From an uncultured delta proteobacterium (GTDB lineage Bacteria > Myxococcota_A > Polyangia > Polyangiales > B10-G4), in NCBI GenBank assembly GCA_963727445.1, contig CAVSGI010000012.1, forward strand, positions 64,001 through 128,000: a DNA stretch of 64,000 nucleotides, given 5' to 3'. This document shows positions 48,829 to 59,610 of the stretch, piece by piece. Each line of letters begins with the position of its first letter. Position 1 is the stretch's first letter. A model generated the notes under the pieces. It was not told the origin of the DNA, did not search any database, and saw only the letters and a program-made list of their open reading frames with translations. The position numbers and the translations under genes were made by a program.

Positions 48829-51081
48829 TCAGTGGGCGCGCATGCGGATGGTGACCACCGGCTGCTGGTCGCGGGCGCAGAGGTCGACCTCGCGCGCACA
48901 GCGCAGCCGGAGCTCGCTCTGGCGATCGGGAAGCCGGTGTGCGGCGAAGAGCTCGCGCGCGCGGTCGGCGTTGTCGCGGTGCAGGCCGGCGAGCGCGAGC
49001 GCCTGGCTTCGGAGAAGGAACTCGTCGCGCGGGGCGAGCTCGAGACCGGTGACCGCCGCGGCCAGTGACTCTTCGTCCTTCTGCAGGCTGCCGAGGGCGC
49101 GCGCGTATGCGCGCCACGCGCTGCTGTCACGCGGAGTGACCTCCACCACATCGGCGTACGCGTCGGTCGCGCGCTCCCAGCGCCAGACCTGTGCGTAGGC
49201 GTCGCCTCGCACCCGGGCGATGGCGGGATGTGAGCCCACCAGGGCTTCGGCCCTGTCCGCCGCGGCTACGGCGTCGTCCACACGGCCCTGGCGACCCTCG
49301 ATCGCCGCGAGGGCGACCAGCACCATCGCGCGCTCCTGTCGCCGCTCCTCCCCGAGGAGATCGAGGGCCCGGGCGATGCTCGGGCGCGCCTCGTCGGTGT
49401 GCTCCTGGAGCTGATGGGTGAGCGCGAGGGCATGCTCGTAGAGTCGCTGCCAATCCGGCCGGGCAGCGCCGCCTTCGCCAGGGTGATCCTCCGCACCCCG
49501 CCCGATCCACACCTTGGCGCTGGTGAGCTCGGTCACGGGCTGCGGCGCGCAGCCGTCGAGCACCGGATGACCGAGCGCGCGCGAGGTCTCCATGAAGGCA
49601 CGCCCCCGCGCCGAACGCGTCGCCGCACATGCGGCTTCGTGCATCGGTCGAACGTGGCGGCGGTGGATGAGATGTGCGGCCACCGAGAGGGGGAAGTCCT
49701 CTGCTTCGAGGGTCTCGGGGAGCGCCAGCTCGTAGCGGGTGATCGCCGCGTCGCGCGGACCCACGGTGTGATCCCAGCCCGCGCTCTCGAACCGTCGCAC
49801 CCGATGCCTGAGCTCCGGGTGCCCGTCGTCGTCGAGCATCACCGTCCTGAGGTGATGCGCGGTCTCGTCCTCACGGTCCTTCTGCTGAGCGCCGGCTTCC
49901 GCGATCAGCTCGCCGCTGCTGGTTCGGACCTCGACCGAGATCCACATCTCCTGCGTGTCGCGGACGCCGCCGGGGAAGCGATGCCCCGTCCCGACGTTGC
50001 GAACCACCACGTCGAGGGCCAGCTCTTCTCCCGCACGCACGCGCGCGCCGTCTGCAGGGAGCGACGTCCGACCGTCGGCGTGGCGAACCGCAGCGACGTC
50101 GATGGTAGCGGCGCTCTCGAGCCGCTGCCGGATGGCCGCTACCTGCTCGCTGTCTCCCGTGAGCGCGGCGAGAGCGGTCTGGCCGCCGGTGAAGCGGTGG
50201 CTGCTGATCTCGCCGCGGGGCGCTGCCATGTCTCCGCGGGTCGTGCGCTCGCCCGGCATGTGGCAGCTCTGGCAGGTGCGCTCCTCCACGGGCTCGTCGA
50301 TGCGCTCCGCGTGGGAGCCCGCGTGCGCCGACGCGCGCCAGGGTCCGAGGTCGTCGAGGCCCGGGATGAAGTGCGCGTTGCCGTTGGCCTCGGTGAGGAA
50401 GACCCGGTGGCAGGAGCCACAGAGCTCCGGGGTGCGCAGGGGGTCGGTCGCCATTCGGGCCTTGTGCGCCTCGATCGAGGCCGCATCGCCCCGGATCGGG
50501 ATCGGCACGCGTGAGGTCTCGAGCACCCAGCTGCCGTTGCCGTCCGAGGTGGTGTCGACGACGCTGTGGCAGAAGCCACAGGTGATCCCGGCGTGGGCCA
50601 TGGGATCGTCGGGCTGGACGACGTCCTGGTCGATCTTGCCCGACAACAGAAGCAGCGGGTCGTGGCAGCCGGCGCAAAAGCGGCTCGCCTCGGGTCCGAC
50701 GTCCTCGCGCAGCGCGTCGACCGCCGCGCGATACCAGGGGTTGTCGAAGGAGGAGCGCGCGTGGGCGCTCGACTGCCAGTGCGCGGCCGCGTCCTGGTGG
50801 CACTCGGTGCAGAACTCCACGTCGGCGAGGAGATCCAGGTTGGCCTCTCCGCGCACCTGCGCCATCGATGGCCAGAGCGGCCCTTCGACCGAGGGAAGAC
50901 GCGGCCAGAGCTCCGACGCGTCGTAGTCATCGGTCTCATTCCGTGGCTCGTCGGCCAACGGCGTGGGGCGCGGCTGCACCTGCACGTCCTCTCCGAACCC
51001 GGCGCAGCTCAGCAGCAGGGGGAGCGAGAGGAGCGCGAGGAGGGCCGCGCGCGAGGACCCAGCTATCGGGCCGCGGTTCAT
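48829..51081 (-). CDS. pentaheme c-type cytochrome lipoprotein with C-terminal TPRs
   Basis: Lipobox LLS-C; CTECH, CAGCH, CGFCH, CGSCH and CQSCH; N.G.GH.FP.G motif; TPR helices. Confidence 0.88.
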   Translation of the reverse strand: MNRGPIAGSSRAALLALLSLPLLLSCAGFGEDVQVQPRPTPLADEPRNETDDYDASELWPRLPSVEGPLWPSMAQVRGEANLDLLADVEFCTECHQDAAAHWQSSAHARSSFDNPWYRAAVDALREDVGPEASRFCAGCHDPLLLLSGKIDQDVVQPDDPMAHAGITCGFCHSVVDTTSDGNGSWVLETSRVPIPIRGDAASIEAHKARMATDPLRTPELCGSCHRVFLTEANGNAHFIPGLDDLGPWRASAHAGSHAERIDEPVEERTCQSCHMPGERTTRGDMAAPRGEISSHRFTGGQTALAALTGDSEQVAAIRQRLESAATIDVAAVRHADGRTSLPADGARVRAGEELALDVVVRNVGTGHRFPGGVRDTQEMWISVEVRTSSGELIAEAGAQQKDREDETAHHLRTVMLDDDGHPELRHRVRRFESAGWDHTVGPRDAAITRYELALPETLEAEDFPLSVAAHLIHRRHVRPMHEAACAATRSARGRAFMETSRALGHPVLDGCAPQPVTELTSAKVWIGRGAEDHPGEGGAARPDWQRLYEHALALTHQLQEHTDEARPSIARALDLLGEERRQERAMVLVALAAIEGRQGRVDDAVAAADRAEALVGSHPAIARVRGDAYAQVWRWERATDAYADVVEVTPRDSSAWRAYARALGSLQKDEESLAAAVTGLELAPRDEFLLRSQALALAGLHRDNADRARELFAAHRLPDRQSELRLRCAREVDLCARDQQPVVTIRMRAH

Positions 51082-52586
51082 CGAGACCTTCGTCGCCTCC
51101 ACCACAAGAGCCCGCCGAAGGAACCGACGACCATCGCGCCGAGGTTGCCGACGTCGTGCGTCGCGGCGGCCTCGGGCTTGTGAGCCGGGGTCCCCGTTCG
51201 GCTCGCCTCCGGTCGATGATGGGTGAGGCCGATCTCGGGGACGTCGTCTCGAATCCATCGCTCGAGAGGTGCGCGCCTGTGCCGGATGAAGGCGGTGTTG
51301 GTCGCCGAGGGCGGCGCCGGGCGGGCGCCGTCCGGGGGGCCGCCCCAGATCCCGCGCTGGGGGTGCTCGCACTCGATGGGCCCGGCCCACCAGTGGAGGA
51401 TCGCGTAGCGGCCCTGGAACTGGTTGTAGCTCGCAGCCTGGCGCTCCTCGTGCAGCCGCCCGCGTCGATCCGGCGCGCCGCGGCCGCCTATCACCGCGCC
51501 GGCGGGACGGAACACCAGGTCGTCTCCGAGCGAGTCGCGATCATAACGATAGTGAAGCCGCGTCAGCACCATCTGACCTCTCGCGGCGGCGTCCCCGCCG
51601 AGGACGTCGAGGCCGAAGAGGGTGAGCTCGCTCTGACTCAGCGGCTGGGTCGGGCATGGATCACAGCTCGTCGCCTGCCAGGAGTACTCGGTGATGACCG
51701 CGCCGCGGTTCGCGCGCAGCGTCTTGTCGAAGAGCGCCGCGTAGAAGCGACCGAAGCGGTTGCGAACGGCGTTGCGCACCCGGAGGTTCGTCGGGATGAA
51801 CGCGTTGTCGTAGTTCGCCACCTCGTAGCGCTGGTCGGGAGCGAGGATGTGGACGATCAGATCCTGCGTGCCCTCGCTGTTGAGCAGGCCCAGGCGCACC
51901 GGCAGCGAGAAGGTGTCGGCGTCGTAGTGGAAGCGCAGGGGCGAGAGCATCGCGCGGCCCTCTTCGAAGGACACCCGCTCGACGTCCACCTTGGCGACGA
52001 AGAACTTCGTGCCCTGCTCGACGTAGGGCCGCAGCACCTCGCCCGCGCCTTCGGGGATGTTGTAGTGCTCCTCGCGAAGCCAGGTGTCGAGGCCCGAGCT
52101 GTCCCGGGCGCTCAAGATCTGGATGTCGTACTCGCCGACCGCGAACTCGGCCTCGACGGTGACGCCGTGTCGTTCGGCACGCATCGACGGCGCCCGCGTC
52201 CGCACGGGGGCCCGGCCGCCGACCCTTGCCCGCCGGTAGCGAATGCGCCGGGGCCGCGCGCAGGGGTCGTGCTCCCAATATTCGACGAGGCGAGGCGCCG
52301 CGAGCTGGTCGACGCGATCGAAGACCGTGTGCGGGAGAGTCTTGACGTCGTCCTCCGCGAGGACGACGGGCACCGGCACCACCATCGCGAAGTCCTGGGG
52401 TGGCCCCTGATACGCGTTCTGCATCGACAAGACGGTCCGGCGTCCCTGACGCATCAGGACGACCTTCGTCGCTTCGTTATAGAGGTCGCCGTCGCTGCCG
52501 CTCACGTAGAAGCCACAGAAGGCGTGAGCGGCGGTGGGGATGCAGAGGAGCCCAAGAGCGGCGAGGAAGGTGAGTGGCTTTTGCAT
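51078..52586 (-). CDS. DUF2330 family protein
   Basis: Signal peptide, AFCGFYVSG, LSMQNAYQGPP.DFAMVVPVP, SCDPCP and LTRLH; C-terminal TM plus Arg tail. Confidence 0.88.
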   Translation of the reverse strand: MQKPLTFLAALGLLCIPTAAHAFCGFYVSGSDGDLYNEATKVVLMRQGRRTVLSMQNAYQGPPQDFAMVVPVPVVLAEDDVKTLPHTVFDRVDQLAAPRLVEYWEHDPCARPRRIRYRRARVGGRAPVRTRAPSMRAERHGVTVEAEFAVGEYDIQILSARDSSGLDTWLREEHYNIPEGAGEVLRPYVEQGTKFFVAKVDVERVSFEEGRAMLSPLRFHYDADTFSLPVRLGLLNSEGTQDLIVHILAPDQRYEVANYDNAFIPTNLRVRNAVRNRFGRFYAALFDKTLRANRGAVITEYSWQATSCDPCPTQPLSQSELTLFGLDVLGGDAAARGQMVLTRLHYRYDRDSLGDDLVFRPAGAVIGGRGAPDRRGRLHEERQAASYNQFQGRYAILHWWAGPIECEHPQRGIWGGPPDGARPAPPSATNTAFIRHRRAPLERWIRDDVPEIGLTHHRPEASRTGTPAHKPEAAATHDVGNLGAMVVGSFGGLLWWRRRRSR

Positions 52587-52627
52587 GAGGTGCATCAGAC
52601 GCTTTGGACGGCCCCCGTCTTGGTGGA

Positions 52628-54184
52628 CTACTTCCGGCCGGCCGAGTTCCGCCGACGATACAGAAGAAGTGCGGTGACGAGAAAGCCGAGGCCGAAAGCC
52701 CCCCAGGGCGTCCGAGGATCGCTGACGGAACAGCTGGCGCAGCCGCCTTCTCCCGCCGCCGCGGCCGGGGCGGGTCCATTGTCGGTGACTGTGTGTGCGG
52801 CGGAGGGGGGCCGGCCCGCGACGATGCCGAGGGAGGGGATGTCCTCCTCGATCATCACACCGAGGACGGGGATGGCGCTCCCGGACGGAGGTGCCGACAT
52901 CCGTGAGGGCGCCGCCACGGGCGGGCTCTGGGCGCCGGTGGGCGGACCGCCCCAGTTGCCGCGCTGCGGGGATTCGCAGGCGATGGGCCCCTCCCAGAAA
53001 TGGAGGATCGAGTAGCGGCCCTGGAAGTTGTTCATCGAGCCCTCGAGGCTCGCGCCCGATTCGGTGAAGTGGCCGACGGCATCGGGGATCCCCCGCCCGC
53101 CGTACACCGGGGGCGCAGGACGGAACATCAGATCCTCGCCGAGGCTCTCGGGCGTGTATCGATAGTGCAGTCGGGTGAGCACGAAGCCGTAGGGCTGACC
53201 GGGGATGACGTCGCCACCGAGTGTTTGGATCGTGCTCGGGTCGAGCGCCGGGGTCGGGCAGGGGTCGCAGCTCGAGGCGTCCCAAGCATACTCGGTGACG
53301 ACCGCATTCGGCGTCTTGGCGAGGGTTTCGGAGAAGAGGGCTTCGTAGAAGCCTCCGAATTCGTCGCGCACGGCGTCGACCACCGGGATGTTGGTGGGGA
53401 TGAAGACGTTTCGATAGTTGGCCGCTTCGTAGCGCTGGCCGCGAGCCAGGATGTGGACGATCAGGTCCTGCTGACCCTCGCTGTTGAGAAGACCGAGCCG
53501 CACCGGCAGGGAGAACTGCGGCGTGTCGTAATGAACGCGGAGCGGTGAGAGGATGGCGCGGCCGTTTTCGAAGGTGACGCGTTCGACATCGACCTTGGCG
53601 ACGAAGAACTTCGTGCCCTGCTCGACGTAGGGCCGCAGCACCTCACCGGCGCCGTCGGGAATGTTGTAGTGCTCGTGGCGGAGCCAGGTGTCGAGGCCGG
53701 ACGAGTTCCGAGCCGAGAGGATCTGGATGTCGTATTCACCCACCGCGAACTCGGCTTCGACGCGTACGCCCAGGCCCTCGAGCCGGTCTTCGCGCTCGGC
53801 GCCGCCGGTGGCCGAGGTCGTTCGCGGCATCGCCGCCATGTCCAGCTGCACCTGTGGCGTACAGGGATCCTGCTCCCAGTACTCGACCAGGCGCGGCGCG
53901 GCGAGCTGGTCGACGTGCGTGAAGACCTCACGCGGGAGCGTCTTCACGTCGTCCTCGGAGAGCACGACGGGGACCGGCACGACCATGGCGAAGTCGCGGG
54001 GTGGGCCCTGGAAGTTGTTCTGCATGGAGAGCACGGTTCGGGTGCCCTCCCGCATCATGACCACCATGGTGGCGTCGTTGTAGAGCTCGCCGTCGGCGCC
54101 GCTCACGTAGAAGCCGCAGAACGCGAAGGCGCTCGCGGGAGTTGTGACGAAGATCGCGGCCATCGCCGCGAGAACACGCTGCAT
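52628..54184 (-). CDS. DUF2330 family protein with MYXO-CTERM-like anchor
   Basis: Same motifs as 51078-52586; GGCASC..., TM segment and RRR tail. Confidence 0.88.
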   Translation of the reverse strand: MQRVLAAMAAIFVTTPASAFAFCGFYVSGADGELYNDATMVVMMREGTRTVLSMQNNFQGPPRDFAMVVPVPVVLSEDDVKTLPREVFTHVDQLAAPRLVEYWEQDPCTPQVQLDMAAMPRTTSATGGAEREDRLEGLGVRVEAEFAVGEYDIQILSARNSSGLDTWLRHEHYNIPDGAGEVLRPYVEQGTKFFVAKVDVERVTFENGRAILSPLRVHYDTPQFSLPVRLGLLNSEGQQDLIVHILARGQRYEAANYRNVFIPTNIPVVDAVRDEFGGFYEALFSETLAKTPNAVVTEYAWDASSCDPCPTPALDPSTIQTLGGDVIPGQPYGFVLTRLHYRYTPESLGEDLMFRPAPPVYGGRGIPDAVGHFTESGASLEGSMNNFQGRYSILHFWEGPIACESPQRGNWGGPPTGAQSPPVAAPSRMSAPPSGSAIPVLGVMIEEDIPSLGIVAGRPPSAAHTVTDNGPAPAAAAGEGGCASCSVSDPRTPWGAFGLGFLVTALLLYRRRNSAGRK

Positions 54185-54247
54185 CGAGGTCCCTCCAGTC
54201 GGATCTGACGCTCTCTGTCGACGCGTGGGGCGCGGAAACGGTCTGCT

Positions 54248-55165
54248 TCAGCGATCGAAGCGGACGATCATCCAGTGATCGCCCATCTCGGTGCCCGATG
54301 CGTGGGAAGCGAGGATGGTCGCCTCGGCCTGGTGAATCGCTTCCTTGCCCGGGTCCGTGTCGGGAAGCTCCACCAGGAGCGCGTGGGCGAAGGTGGCACC
54401 ACCCACGTCCCGGATGTCGGCCACCACGAGGCGCTTCGCGCCCGCCGCGTAGCAGGCATCGACGAAGGGCGTGATGGTGCTCCGTTCGTTGCCCGAAAAA
54501 CCCGCCGTGGGATTGTTCAAGAAGGCGCCGACGTCCATGGACGCCCCCTCGAGCATCGCGCGGGCCTCGGTGTCCACGGGGCCCAGCTCGCCCTGGGGGC
54601 CTTCACCACTTCGGAAGCTCATCGCGATCCCCACGGCGGTGACCACGGCCAGGAGCCCGACGATGACGAGGAAGATGTTGCGCGGGGTCTTGGAGAGCTC
54701 GGCGCCCACCGGCGTGCCGAGGGGGATCTGGATGGGCGTGCCCGGAGTCGATGCGCGCCCGGTTTCGGCGGGCGTGCCGGGGGTCGGGCTGGCCAGGGCG
54801 GGCTGCGGGCTCGAGGCGGGCCCTGCGGGCGGCGGCCCCGGCGTGGCTGCGGGGCTGGCCGCGGTGGCCATCAAGGTGGGCGCCGATTCGCGCACCGCTT
54901 CCATCTGGGGGCGGCTGACGCTTCGCCGCGCCGACTCGACGCGATGCTCACGCAGCTCGGCCTTGGCTCCGATCCGCTGGAGCGCGGCCAACATGTTCTG
55001 CGCGTCCTCCTGGGTGAGCTTTCGCTTCATCGCGCGAGGCAGCGTCATCTCGATGTGCTGGGCCGCCTCCTCGGTCATCCCGAAGAGATCGACCAGACCA
55101 CGGATGGGGTCGGCGCCGGGCTCGAAGCCCAGAAGCCAGACGTCCCAGCCGCCCATGCCGCTCAT
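54248..55165 (-). CDS. hypothetical bitopic membrane protein
   Basis: Small N-terminal domain, Pro/Ala linker, one TM segment, C-terminal domain. Confidence 0.65.
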   Translation of the reverse strand: MSGMGGWDVWLLGFEPGADPIRGLVDLFGMTEEAAQHIEMTLPRAMKRKLTQEDAQNMLAALQRIGAKAELREHRVESARRSVSRPQMEAVRESAPTLMATAASPAATPGPPPAGPASSPQPALASPTPGTPAETGRASTPGTPIQIPLGTPVGAELSKTPRNIFLVIVGLLAVVTAVGIAMSFRSGEGPQGELGPVDTEARAMLEGASMDVGAFLNNPTAGFSGNERSTITPFVDACYAAGAKRLVVADIRDVGGATFAHALLVELPDTDPGKEAIHQAEATILASHASGTEMGDHWMIVRFDR

Positions 55166-55183
55166 GGGACGATCATACCCCGC

Positions 55184-55885
55184 CTATCGACTGAGGTCCG
55201 GAAAGTGCCGATGTCCGAAGGAGTCGTACCAGAGGAGGCGATCCAGCACCTGGGGCGCATCGAGGGGGGCGAGGCCGTATCCCCGCGCCAGCGCCACCAG
55301 TCCGGCCTCGTGCCGGAGCACCTGGGCGGTGAAGGCGTCCAGCATCGGCACGAAGTGCTCCGGGCCCGCCGTCGGGGACCGGTCGTCGGCGGGCCGCGGC
55401 ACCCCACCCGTCAGGTAGGCGATGGCCGAGTCATCCATCAGGGGAACGCTCTGTGGGACGAGGAGCGCCAGCACCTTGCTGACGGCAGCGACGCCATGAC
55501 CATCGATGCACAGCTCGCCGACATGGCTCTCGATCGCCTCACGCTCTTTTGTGCCCACGTCGCTCCAACCTGCGTAGCCCACCTCGAGGAGCGTGAGGAG
55601 CGCGGCCCATTCTTCGGCCAGCGGTGGCTTCAGCCACTTGGCGAAGACGGTCGACGGGGCGCGATTGTTGACCATCCAACTGGCGGGCATGGCGGCGCTC
55701 AGAAGTGTGGTCGGCGTCACCCCATGGGCGATCGCACGGCGAAAAGCGTCCGCGGCGAGGTCGTAGCCGAAGGCGCCAGGCAGACCTCCACGCCTCTCGA
55801 GCTTCGTCGCGCCGTCTCTCAGGTCGATGGCGTCTTCCAAGATCGGTGACAGCTTGGCACTGCGTACGGCAAAATGGGAACCCCC

Positions 55886-55894
<9 letters not shown>
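55184..55894 (-). CDS. hypothetical protein, DUF6308-like
   Basis: G...VSKVL....P..VPLMD and VLDRLLW motifs. True start is probably downstream of 55894, because this end overlaps the DnaK-like gene. Confidence 0.55.
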
Positions 55895-57700
<1,806 letters not shown>

Positions 57701-57804
57701 GCACCGGGCCGGGGCCCAGCGACGCCGCATCCTTCGCGATCCTGCGTCCCACAATCGTGGTCGTTCATTTAGACTCGAAGGCGGTGAGCGCTTTGGGAGG
57801 TTTC

Positions 57805-59610
57805 ATGCAGAGGCTCGTCGGTCTCGTCTGGCTTTGTCTTTCGTTGATCGGGTGTCTGGGCTCGAGCCCGGAGGAAATCGAAGGCGTCTCTTCGGAGATC
57901 ATCAACGGCACGCGTGAGACCGGCGAACGTTCGGTCGTCGCGGTGATCCGCCGCGACTGGGTCACCGGCGCCGGTGGGCTTTGTACCGGGTCCGTCATCG
58001 GGCCCTACGCGGTGCTCACCGCCAAGCACTGCGTCTACGACGGACGGACCCGCGTGCCCACTTCGGAGCTCGGGGTGATCGTCGGTGACGATCTGACGAC
58101 ACCGGGCGGGGTCGATTCCCTCCATTCGGTCCTCGAGATCCGCACCACGGCCGGCAACGACATCAACGCGGACGTGAGCAACGGCAACGACATCGCCATC
58201 CTCCTCCTCGACGGAGACATCGGCGTGCCGGCCATGGCGACGTCGACGCGGCCTCCCGCGGTGGGCAACCGCGTGACCATCATCGGCTTCGGTCGCACCA
58301 TGACCGGCACGCCCGTCGACACCGACAGCGGCGTCAAGTACTCCGGTCAGGCGCGCGTGAGCGCGATCATGGGCAACGTGATGGAGACCACCGGGACCTC
58401 CGCCACCTGTCAGGGCGACAGCGGCGGTCCCGCGCGGCACAACAGTCGCAACGAGATCCTCGGGATCACCAGCTACGGCGTCGACACCAGCTGTCGCTTC
58501 GCGAACAGCTACTACACCCGCGTCGACGTCCATCAGGCGCTCATCGCCGATGCACTCACCTACGTCCCCCCCTGCGACCCGACCCCGGAGGTCTGCGACG
58601 GCGTCGACAACGACTGCAACGGAATGACGGACGAGGGCTGCACCGCCCTGGGTCAGCCGTGCACGAATGACAGCGAGTGCGCGCGTGGAGGCTGCGAAGA
58701 CGTGGGCGGGATGCAGCTCTGCGTTCGGGATTGCGATCCCCGCGACACCATTCCGGCCTGTCCCTACGGCTTCTACTGCGAGATCACCGGCTGCGGCGTG
58801 GGGCGCTGCATCGCGGGTGATCCGGGTTCCGGCGCCGACGGAGCGGAGTGCACAGCGGATCTCGACTGCGCTTCCCTCAACTGCGGGGACGTGCGGGGGA
58901 CGATGCGGTGCGGACGAAGCTGCTCTCTCGACTCCGACCCCTGTCCCGCCGACGACGTGTGCGAAGGCGCAGGTGGCGGTGGTTGCGGGAGCTGCATCCC
59001 CGTCGAGCTGTCCATGGATCCGCGCCCCTTCGGTGCCCCGTGCGACGACTCCAGTCAGTGCCTGGATGGTATGTGCGTGGACGCTTTCTGCACGCGCGGC
59101 TGCCCGCCGGACTGCCCCTCGGGATTCCATTGTCGCGAGAGCCTCTGCCGGCGTGGCGATCTGGGTGGCCCCGGCACCAGCTGCGTCACCGACGAGGATT
59201 GCGGCGAGCTGGCGCCCGAGTGCGTCGATGCCGACGGCGATTTGATCTGCGCCGCTGCCTGTGATGCGAGTGGGGGCTGTCCCGCTGGGCTCGATTGTGG
59301 CCCCACCAGCGCCGGCGACCGCTGCGTCGCGCCCGGCCTTCCGCTCGGCGAGAGCTGCACCGCGAACGAGGAGTGCCGCACCGGGATCTGCGCTGGCACC
59401 TGCACGCGGATCTGCGACACAGCCAATCCCTGCCCCGAGGGCTTCGACTGCAATCCCGCCGGCGAGGTGAGCGGCTGCTTCCCGATGAGCGCGCCTGTGA
59501 CGCGTGACGATCGCGGTGGTTGCTCGGCGACGCACGCAGCGGTGGGCGACCTGGCTCCCCTCGCGCTCGTCCTGCTGCTTCTGCTCTCGGCGCGCCGCCG
59601 GAGGGGATGA
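57805..59610 (+). CDS. S1 (trypsin-like) serine protease with Cys-rich repeats and MYXO-CTERM-like tail
   Basis: IING mature N-terminus; LTAKHC, DIAIL and GDSGGP triad motifs; EVCDGVDNDCNG motif; GGC..., TM and RRRR tail. Confidence 0.92.
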   Translation: MQRLVGLVWLCLSLIGCLGSSPEEIEGVSSEIINGTRETGERSVVAVIRRDWVTGAGGLCTGSVIGPYAVLTAKHCVYDGRTRVPTSELGVIVGDDLTTPGGVDSLHSVLEIRTTAGNDINADVSNGNDIAILLLDGDIGVPAMATSTRPPAVGNRVTIIGFGRTMTGTPVDTDSGVKYSGQARVSAIMGNVMETTGTSATCQGDSGGPARHNSRNEILGITSYGVDTSCRFANSYYTRVDVHQALIADALTYVPPCDPTPEVCDGVDNDCNGMTDEGCTALGQPCTNDSECARGGCEDVGGMQLCVRDCDPRDTIPACPYGFYCEITGCGVGRCIAGDPGSGADGAECTADLDCASLNCGDVRGTMRCGRSCSLDSDPCPADDVCEGAGGGGCGSCIPVELSMDPRPFGAPCDDSSQCLDGMCVDAFCTRGCPPDCPSGFHCRESLCRRGDLGGPGTSCVTDEDCGELAPECVDADGDLICAAACDASGGCPAGLDCGPTSAGDRCVAPGLPLGESCTANEECRTGICAGTCTRICDTANPCPEGFDCNPAGEVSGCFPMSAPVTRDDRGGCSATHAAVGDLAPLALVLLLLLSARRRRG

